From: an uncultured Acidobacteriota bacterium | Lineage (GTDB): Bacteria; Acidobacteriota; Vicinamibacteria; Vicinamibacterales; 2-12-FULL-66-21 | DNA length: 64,000 nt | Assembly (NCBI GenBank): GCA_963773005.1 | Contig: CAVYZR010000007.1 | Span: 31,891 to 95,890 of the forward strand | Reading direction: 5' to 3' | In this document: positions 58,401 to 64,000 of the stretch, in pieces | Numbering within the stretch: position 1 is the first letter of the stretch | How the letters are laid out: the number at the start of each line of letters is the position of its first letter | The notes under the pieces: generated by a model | Database searches by the model: none | What the model was told of the DNA's origin: nothing | The model's input: the letters and a program-made list of their open reading frames with translations, nothing else | Made by a program: the position numbers and the translations under genes

Positions 58401-58647
58401 AGGTTCTTGGTTCGTCGTTCTTGGTTCGTGGTTCTAGGTTCGTGGTTCTGGGTTCGTGGTTGCGCGTTTCGCTTCTGGAGGTTCGTGGGCTTCGGTTCGT
58501 GGTTCACGTCCGGTGTGGCCGGCATCGGTTCGCCGGAAAGAATCCGTTCTATCGGGCGCCACGGTCTCAAGCCACTCCTGGCCGGGAACGACGAACCTGG
58601 AACGAGGAACCCAGAACGACGAACGGCGAACCAAGAACCCCGAACCG
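58401..58647. repeat. GGTTCG/CGAACC-word imperfect palindrome (family B copy 2) in a divergent promoter region
   Basis: The left arm is aggttcttggttcgtcgttcttggttcgtggttctaggttcgtggttctgggttcgtgg... The right arm is gaacgacgaacctggaacgaggaacccagaacgacgaacggcgaaccaagaaccccgaaccg. An ~80-nt non-repetitive centre separates them. Confidence 0.8.
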
Positions 58648-58804
58648 TGCACGAAGTCTCCCGGTGAGCGGAAAACTTGTGAATTTTGGGCGACACCCAG
58701 AACTCGGGTGGAAGAGTTCGAAACCGGCCCCCGACCCGTGGTATCGTCATGGCCGTGTGCGGGCGTCTGTGTCGGCGCTCACTCTTAGTTAAGCGGAGTT
58801 TTTT

Positions 58805-59995
58805 GTGTCGCGCATGACTGCTCCCCTGTCGATGCGTCAGACCACGAACGACTTGTCGACGGCCGCCGCGCGGCTCGTCGACGCAAGTCGGGCGATGCGT
58901 CAGGTCCGTGCCTTGGCGACCCGCGCGGCCGCCGGCGACGCCAAAGTCTTCATCACTGGCGAAAGTGGCGTCGGCAAGGACGTGGTCGCGCAGTACATTC
59001 ACTTCCACTCCGCCCGCGCGACGCGGCCGTTCATCGCCGTGAACTGCGCGGCGATTGCCGACACGCTCCTCGAAACCGAGCTGTTCGGGCATACCCGCGG
59101 CAGCTTCACGGGCGCTTATCGCGATCGGATGGGGCGGCTCGAGGCAGCGCACCGCGGCACTATTTTCCTGGACGAGATCGCGGAAATGAGTCTGCAGATG
59201 CAGGCCCATCTCTTGAGATTTCTGGAAACTGGCGAGATTCAGCCGGTCGGCAGCGTCGGTGGTCCGATCAGAGTAGACGTCCGGATCATTTCCGCCACGA
59301 ACCGCGACCTCGAACAGCTGGTATCAACTGGCGCGTTTCGCAGCGACCTCCTCTACCGGATCAAAGTCGTCCACATCCACGTACCACCCTTGCGCGACCG
59401 CAAGGAGGACCTCCCCACGCTGATCGAAGCCGCGGCGACGCGGACGGGCCGGCAGATCAGGTTCACCGAGTCGGCGCTTCAGGCGCTCGCCCGGTATCGG
59501 TGGCCCGGCAACGTCCGCGAGCTGCAGAACGTCATCGAACAGGCCGCCTGGATGGCCGAGTCGCCGGACGTGGACACGCCGGACCTGCCTGAAGGCGTCC
59601 GGCTGGCCTCCACCGACAACTTGACGCCCCGCCGGGAGCGCCGTCGGCGGTTGGCCGACGAGCTCTACAGCACGCTCGTTGAAGGGCACTATTCGTTCTG
59701 GGGCCATATTCACCCGCTGCTGCTGAAGCGCGACATCACTCGACACGATCTCCGTCAGCTCGTCAGCCTGGGGCTCGCGACCACGCGCGGCAACTACCGA
59801 GCCCTACTGAGGTTGTTCGGCATGGATGACGGCGACTACAAGCGGTTCATGAATTTCCTGGCGGCCCATGAGTGCACCGTGGACTACCGGCAGTTCCGGT
59901 CACCCGGCCCACTCACCTCCCGCACGAGGTCGGTCGGTCTCCCGTTCGAGAACCTCGAGCGCGATAGAATTACTCAGCGTTCGAAAGAGTCCTGA
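58805..59995 (+). CDS. Sigma-54-dependent activator consisting only of AAA+ and HTH domains (no sensor/receiver)
   Basis: GESGVGKD, a GSFTGA variant of GAFTGA, IFLDEIAE, WPGNVRELQN, and a C-terminal HTH-like LVSLGLATTRGNYRALLRLFGM. Only ~30 aa precede the AAA+ core. Confidence 0.9.
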   Translation: MSRMTAPLSMRQTTNDLSTAAARLVDASRAMRQVRALATRAAAGDAKVFITGESGVGKDVVAQYIHFHSARATRPFIAVNCAAIADTLLETELFGHTRGSFTGAYRDRMGRLEAAHRGTIFLDEIAEMSLQMQAHLLRFLETGEIQPVGSVGGPIRVDVRIISATNRDLEQLVSTGAFRSDLLYRIKVVHIHVPPLRDRKEDLPTLIEAAATRTGRQIRFTESALQALARYRWPGNVRELQNVIEQAAWMAESPDVDTPDLPEGVRLASTDNLTPRRERRRRLADELYSTLVEGHYSFWGHIHPLLLKRDITRHDLRQLVSLGLATTRGNYRALLRLFGMDDGDYKRFMNFLAAHECTVDYRQFRSPGPLTSRTRSVGLPFENLERDRITQRSKES

Positions 59996-60019
59996 AGCCA
60001 GCGCCTCGTTGACGCAGGT

Positions 60020-60412
60020 GTGGCCGCCTCCTTCCTCAATCCGCTGCTCACCGATCCCAGCACGCCCTGGGTCCTTCGCAATGCCCGCCACTCTGGCATC
60101 GTCGCCAGAACAATCGAAACGGCTTTTGACTCGCCGACTCGCAATCGGGGGCTGCTCGGACGTTCGAGTCTCGGCGATGACCGCGCCCTGATCCTGGCGC
60201 CCTGCAGCAGCATCCACACGTTTTTCATGCAATTCGCCATCGACGTCGCCTTCGTTGACCGCGAGGGCCAGGTTCTTCGCGTCCGAAAGGCAGTGGGACC
60301 CTGGCGGTTACAAGTCGCTTTCCGAGCTTTCGCCGTGATCGAGCTGGCGTCGGGACGCCTCGACCGTTCCGACACGCGCATTGGTGATCGCTTGCACGTG
60401 GCTGCCGAATAA
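60020..60412 (+). CDS. DUF192 domain protein
   Basis: ARTIETAFDSPTRNRGLLGRSSL..LILAPCSSIHTFFMQFAIDVAFVDREGQVL fits the DUF192 pattern. Confidence 0.75.
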   Translation: MAASFLNPLLTDPSTPWVLRNARHSGIVARTIETAFDSPTRNRGLLGRSSLGDDRALILAPCSSIHTFFMQFAIDVAFVDREGQVLRVRKAVGPWRLQVAFRAFAVIELASGRLDRSDTRIGDRLHVAAE

Positions 60413-60522
60413 CACTCGCTTCGGCGACCAAGTTCTGGTCCTCACCAGACTCCGCACGCGCCCGATTGCGGGGCACACCACGCAACTCCTTCTCGCAATG
60501 TGCGCTTAGAAGATTTTCAGTG

Positions 60523-60540
60523 TGCGGTACGCCCGTTGCT
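60523..60540 (+). promoter_or_regulatory. Candidate sigma-54 (-24/-12) promoter
   Basis: tgCGGTACGcccgTTGCT has GG (60526-60527) and GC (60538-60539) separated by exactly 10 nt, with 2 mismatches to TGGCACG-N4-TTGCW. It lies 38 nt upstream of the ATG at 60578. Confidence 0.4.
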
Positions 60541-60577
60541 CGAGGCGCACACAGAAGTTTTCCGATCGAAGTGACTC

Positions 60578-60847
60578 ATGCGTCGAACGCGCCGCGACCC
60601 GAGATTTCTTGTACCGCGTCCCTGGGAGGGGATGCTCCGGATCCCCGGCGACGTCGTCGTCGAACAGCACGACGCCGAGCAGAAGGAGCTCTGGGTCGTG
60701 AGTTCCGAGCCCATTCGCCGCGAGGAACGCCTGACGCTCGACCTGGCGCCGCCAGGTCAAAGCCTGACGGTGCGCGTGGTCGAGAGCAAGCCCGTGATGA
60801 TGGACGGCATGGTTCGGCATCGGCTGCGGCTGGCAATAGTGGACTAG
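60578..60847 (+). CDS. Small hypothetical protein (possibly PilZ-like)
   Basis: 89 aa with an N-terminal RRTRRDPR and a beta-rich remainder. No DxSxxG motif, so the PilZ assignment is weak. Confidence 0.45.
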   Translation: MRRTRRDPRFLVPRPWEGMLRIPGDVVVEQHDAEQKELWVVSSEPIRREERLTLDLAPPGQSLTVRVVESKPVMMDGMVRHRLRLAIVD

Positions 60848-60875
60848 CGCGTTTGGGGGACCTCTGGAGCTGCGG

Positions 60876-61226
60876 ATGAAACAGCGTTTGAATGGGCTGC
60901 GTTGCCAGGTCGAATTGGTTGGAGTGCTCACGAGAGAGATTCCAACGCGCCTCATCGAGATCAGCAGGTCCGGGTGCCTCCTCGAAAGCGGGCACCGCAT
61001 CGAGGAGGGAACGGTCGGAGCTCTAAGGCTCGAGGTCGACGGGCAGAGCTATCGAGAGGATGTCCGCGCGACGAGGTGCGTGGCGATTGCCGGATCGGGG
61101 TCCGCGTACTTGGTGGGCGTCGAGTTCCTGCAGACCGGGAAAGCGGATGGGACCTCGATTCGGCGGGCGGTATCCGCGTCGCTCGGAGATTTTTCCCTGG
61201 GCAGTGCGGGTTTGTCGTCAACGTAG
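60876..61226 (+). CDS. PilZ-domain protein
   Basis: QRLNGLR...LIEISRSGCLLES...GALRLEVDG...YLVGVEF matches the RxxxR / (D/N)xSxxG PilZ layout, with E in place of D/N. Confidence 0.6.
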   Translation: MKQRLNGLRCQVELVGVLTREIPTRLIEISRSGCLLESGHRIEEGTVGALRLEVDGQSYREDVRATRCVAIAGSGSAYLVGVEFLQTGKADGTSIRRAVSASLGDFSLGSAGLSST

Positions 61227-61280
61227 GTGGGTCGTTCTCTAGTGCCAGGCGGTTGTGCCAGTAGAACAAGGAGCTGCGTT

Positions 61281-61445
61281 ATGAAAAGACTGATCGGACG
61301 TTTGGTTCGCGAAGACAACGGGCAAGACCTGATCGAGTATGGCCTGCTGGTGGGCATCATCACGATCGGCGCAATTGTCGGTATCCAGGCCATTGGGCCG
61401 AAGGTTGCCGCGTACTTCAACGATCTCGATACAGCTATGCCCTAA
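61281..61445 (+). CDS. flp: Flp-family type IVb pilin
   Basis: AAGGAG RBS. MKRLIGRLVREDNGQDLIEYGLLVGIITIGAIVG... has the G/xxxxEY prepilin motif. 54 aa. Confidence 0.85.
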   Translation: MKRLIGRLVREDNGQDLIEYGLLVGIITIGAIVGIQAIGPKVAAYFNDLDTAMP

Positions 61446-61485
61446 CGTGCGTCACGGCTTAAGCCAGGCGAAGGAGCACAGCGCT

Positions 61486-61650
61486 GTGAGGGAACTGCTG
61501 ATTCGAGCACTTGAGAATGAGGACGGCCAGGACCTCATCGAGTACTCGCTGTTGATTGGCATCATCACACTGGCGAGCGTGATTGCCATGACCTCGATCG
61601 GCGGGAAGATCGCGGCCTACTTCGGAGGCTTAGATACTGCCATGCCTTGA
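61486..61650 (+). CDS. flp: Flp-family type IVb pilin (paralog 2)
   Basis: AAGGAG RBS plus GTG at 61486. VRELLIRALENEDGQDLIEYSLLIGIITLASVIA... The C-terminus ...AAYFGGLDTAMP parallels that of paralog 1. Confidence 0.85.
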   Translation: MRELLIRALENEDGQDLIEYSLLIGIITLASVIAMTSIGGKIAAYFGGLDTAMP

Positions 61651-61696
61651 CACTCGGCAATTACCAGGACGCTGAGACCAAACGTCGGAGGGGCCG

Positions 61697-61936
61697 ATGT
61701 CGAAGGATACGTGTCGGCGCGCGGCGAGTCGGGTGGGTCGTCTGATCAGCCGGCTCGGCCAAAGACTCAGTCAGGACGAAGACGGACAGGATTTGATCGA
61801 GTATGCGCTCCTGACCACCATCATCGCGCTCGTCGGGATTCTCGTGTTCCCTTCGATCCAAACGAAGATGCACGACGCGTACTTGGAGTGGAACAGCGAT
61901 GCGAACGACATCTGGATTCCCCCACCGCCTCTGTAG
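61697..61936 (+). CDS. Flp-like pilin (divergent paralog 3, longer leader and tail)
   Basis: GGAGG RBS. ...SQDEDGQDLIEYALLTTIIALVGILVF... The C-terminal WNSDANDIWIPPPPL is unlike paralogs 1 and 2. Confidence 0.7.
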   Translation: MSKDTCRRAASRVGRLISRLGQRLSQDEDGQDLIEYALLTTIIALVGILVFPSIQTKMHDAYLEWNSDANDIWIPPPPL

Positions 61937-61973
61937 AAATGGCTGGGCGTTCGGAAACGGGAGACCTCGATAA

Positions 61974-62486
61974 ATGGGCGTCGCGCAGGTGGTAAGCCTC
62001 GGACTGGCGGTAGTGGCATGCGGATGGGACCTCCGGACCCGGCGCATTCCACAGACGTTGACGCTCGGGGGCGCGCTCTGCGGCCTGGCCTTCCATCTAC
62101 TGAGTGGCGGCTGGAATGCGGGCGTCGGAAGTGTCACCGGTTGGGCCGTTGGCATCGCGATTTTCTTCGTGCCATTCGCCCTTGGCGGCCTCGGCGCGGG
62201 CGACGTCAAGCTGCTTGGAGCAATCGGCGCGTGGTTGGGTCCGATGAGCGCCTTGTGGGTCGGGCTCTATGCCGGCGCCGCCGGGGGAGTCCTCGCGATC
62301 TTCGTTGCGCTGACCAAGGGCTACTTGTTTGAGGCGATCGGGAACGTGGGCATGATGCTGGCGTACTGGCGGGTGAACGGCGTCAGGCCATTGCCCGAGA
62401 TGACGCTGGAGCACGGCAAAGGGCCGCGGCTGGCGTATGCGGTCCCCATCCTCGCCGGAACGATGGTGACACTGTGGCTCAAATGA
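61974..62486 (+). CDS. cpaA: Prepilin peptidase CpaA/TadV (A24 family)
   Basis: 170 aa, polytopic, DLRTRRIP and GLGAGDVKLLGAIGAWLG motifs. Confidence 0.85.
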   Translation: MGVAQVVSLGLAVVACGWDLRTRRIPQTLTLGGALCGLAFHLLSGGWNAGVGSVTGWAVGIAIFFVPFALGGLGAGDVKLLGAIGAWLGPMSALWVGLYAGAAGGVLAIFVALTKGYLFEAIGNVGMMLAYWRVNGVRPLPEMTLEHGKGPRLAYAVPILAGTMVTLWLK

Positions 62487-62998
62487 CGGTCGCTTCCGGC
62501 CCACGCCCCGAGCCCGATCCTCGAACCGCAAGTCGCGAGGCGTTCCGACGCGTCTGGGCGTGTGAGCGCGGCGCGGAGCTCGTCGAGTTCGCGTTCGTGT
62601 TCCCGACACTCCTCCTGGTGATGTTGGGAATCATCGATTTTGGATTCCTGTTTCAGCGGTACGAGGTCGTGACCAACGCGGCGCGCGAGGGCGCCAGGGT
62701 CTCCATCCTTCCGGGTTACGCCGATGCCGACGTACAGGCGCGCGTCAACCAGTACCTGAGCGCCGCAGGCATGACACCGACCGACCCCGTGGCCGTCGGC
62801 GCCCCGCAAACGCTTCCGGTCGGCAGCAATTGCATCACGGTGAGGCCGGTGACGGTCGCCTATCAGCATCAGTTTCTCTTTCTGGGCCCGATTGTCGGCT
62901 TGATGAACTTTGTTGGAGGGAGCGGGACCCTGACGCACAAGACCCTGCACGCCACCTCCTCGATGCGGAGCGAACTCGCCGCAGGTGCGTGTCCCTAA
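62483..62998 (+). CDS. TadE/TadG-like pseudopilin
   Basis: ERGAELVEFAFVFPTLLLVMLGIIDFG is the TadE N-terminal motif. The ATG at 62483 overlaps the cpaA stop as ATGA. Confidence 0.8.
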   Translation: MTVASGPRPEPDPRTASREAFRRVWACERGAELVEFAFVFPTLLLVMLGIIDFGFLFQRYEVVTNAAREGARVSILPGYADADVQARVNQYLSAAGMTPTDPVAVGAPQTLPVGSNCITVRPVTVAYQHQFLFLGPIVGLMNFVGGSGTLTHKTLHATSSMRSELAAGACP

Positions 62999-63019
62999 GG
63001 TTTGGGGTAAGGAGATCAC

Positions 63020-63910
63020 ATGAATCGCCGTTCTCGCCATCTCGTCGTGCTTGCCGTTGCGGTTGTGACTGCCGCGATCGCGAGCTTTGCAGTGTATCGG
63101 GCGATCTTGCTCAACCCCGGCCAAGCCGCTGAAAGACATCAAACGGTGGTGGTGGCGGCGCGACCGCTGGCTATCGGTACGGAACTCAAGGCGAACGACG
63201 TCCGGGTCCTGGCCTGGCCCGGAGGAAGTCCGATTGCCGGTGCCATCGGCGATCCGAAGGCTGTGATTAACCGTGGACTTCTGACGGCCGTGCTCGAGAA
63301 CGAGCCCATCACCGCGAACAAAGTCGCCGCCCCCAACGAGGGCTTCGGACTTTCGCCCGTGATTCCGCGTGGCATGCGAGCGCTGGCGGTTCGGGTCAAC
63401 GACGTCATCGGCGTTGCTGGATTCGTCGTTCCAGGTTCGCGCGTTGATCTCGTCGTGACGATGCGCCACACGAACGGCAGCTTGACGCGTACTGCGGCCA
63501 GCAACGTCCAGGTGCTGACGGCCGGGACTCGTCAGGATCAGGGTAAGCCCGACACCGACACGAAAAAGCCAAACGCTTCGACCGTCGTGACGCTGATGGT
63601 GACACCCGAGGATGCCGAGCGAATTGCGCTGGCGCAATCAGAGGGCGACATCATGCTGGTCCTGCGCAATCCGCTCGACACCGAAGTGACGACCTCGGCT
63701 GGCATAAAAACCGATTCTCTCCTCGGCCGAGAGCAACCGCCAGCTCCCGCGCCCGTCGTCAAGGCACCGGCGCCAAAACGCGCGCCCGTTGCGGTGGCTG
63801 CTCCCGCGGTCGAGCCTCCACCGCCTCCAGCGAGGCCAACCGTTGAGACGATCCGCCAGATGAAGCGAACCGACGAGGTCATCAAGGGCACTGACGAGGT
63901 GAACAAGTGA
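63020..63910 (+). CDS. cpaB: Flp pilus assembly protein CpaB/RcpC
   Basis: N-terminal TM segment, then VVVAARPLAIGTELKANDV (SAF-like), VRVNDVIGVAGFVVPGSRVDLV, and a Pro/Ala-rich tail. Confidence 0.85.
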   Translation: MNRRSRHLVVLAVAVVTAAIASFAVYRAILLNPGQAAERHQTVVVAARPLAIGTELKANDVRVLAWPGGSPIAGAIGDPKAVINRGLLTAVLENEPITANKVAAPNEGFGLSPVIPRGMRALAVRVNDVIGVAGFVVPGSRVDLVVTMRHTNGSLTRTAASNVQVLTAGTRQDQGKPDTDTKKPNASTVVTLMVTPEDAERIALAQSEGDIMLVLRNPLDTEVTTSAGIKTDSLLGREQPPAPAPVVKAPAPKRAPVAVAAPAVEPPPPPARPTVETIRQMKRTDEVIKGTDEVNK

Positions 63911-64000
63911 AATTGTCCTCCGCGTGTGCGGCTATCGGCACGTGCGTCCTGCTTCAGGCAACGCCGCTCGCCGAACCGCTGATCAGTGGGGCGACCAGTC
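63907..64000 (+). CDS. Start of the next Tad gene (probably the CpaC/RcpA secretin), truncated by the window end
   Basis: The GTG at 63907 overlaps the cpaB stop as GTGA. VKLSSACAAIGTCVLLQATPLA looks like a signal peptide. The identity is inferred only from the usual Tad gene order. Confidence 0.4.
   Translation, partial: MKLSSACAAIGTCVLLQATPLAEPLISGATS

Noticed and set aside
57077-59209. 710-aa track ORF extending the ParB-like gene across the GGTTCG palindrome into the activator gene. Similar N-terminal extensions appear for 31657..33855 and 56124..56981.
   Set aside because: The extensions read through low-complexity repeat DNA or the opposite-strand gene. Internal starts with good RBS and family-consistent N-termini exist.

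Overview
GC-rich (roughly 65-70%) bacterial chromosomal segment. The gene content (CarboxypepD_reg-type TonB receptor, PEGA-domain kinase-like protein, BshC, GxxExxY protein, Tad/Flp pilus) fits Acidobacteriota, but I cannot verify that without a database search. The window is mostly housekeeping. In order: a divergent stress-like cluster (DUF1269/coiled-coil/STAS) beside a GAF sigma-54 activator; tRNA-Cys and tRNA-Gly; yraN; cysS-ribF; mazG; comEC; carAB; bshC; an argininosuccinate-lyase-family gene; a TonB receptor; PBP1A; a parvulin PPIase; xdhC plus an amidohydrolase; hrcA-grpE-dnaJ-prmA with a CIRCE operator; rsmE; a Ser/Thr kinase; ilvE-pilT-recX-alaS; a lytic transglycosylase; and the start of a Tad/Flp pilus locus. 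Accessory or unusual content falls into five groups. (1) About 4 kb of decayed integrative elements accreted in tandem at tRNA-Cys: a 45-nt tRNA 3-prime repeat, a frameshifted and internally deleted integrase, a Phd/VapC module and an IorB gene fragment. (2) Many intergenic spacers are filled exactly by low-complexity 'word-periodic' imperfect palindromes that fall into recurring families. One pair of arms encloses a GxxExxY gene. (3) There is a ParB-N domain fused to a degenerate histidine-kinase-like module. It is divergent from a sensor-less sigma-54 activator that sits upstream of a candidate sigma-54 promoter, PilZ genes and three Flp pilins. (4) A ClpB-D2-type AAA+ ATPase is fused to a receiver domain and translationally coupled to yraN. 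It is divergent from a two-gene cassette of a 98-aa protein plus a cytoplasmic metzincin-like protease. (5) At least six single-base frameshifts are present, three of them in core genes (carB, PBP1A, lyase). Assembly indel error is therefore the default explanation, and pseudogene calls are uncertain. The ORF track translates GTG/TTG starts as M, and many start coordinates here are my own reinterpretations. No rRNA, CRISPR array or intact transposase was seen.
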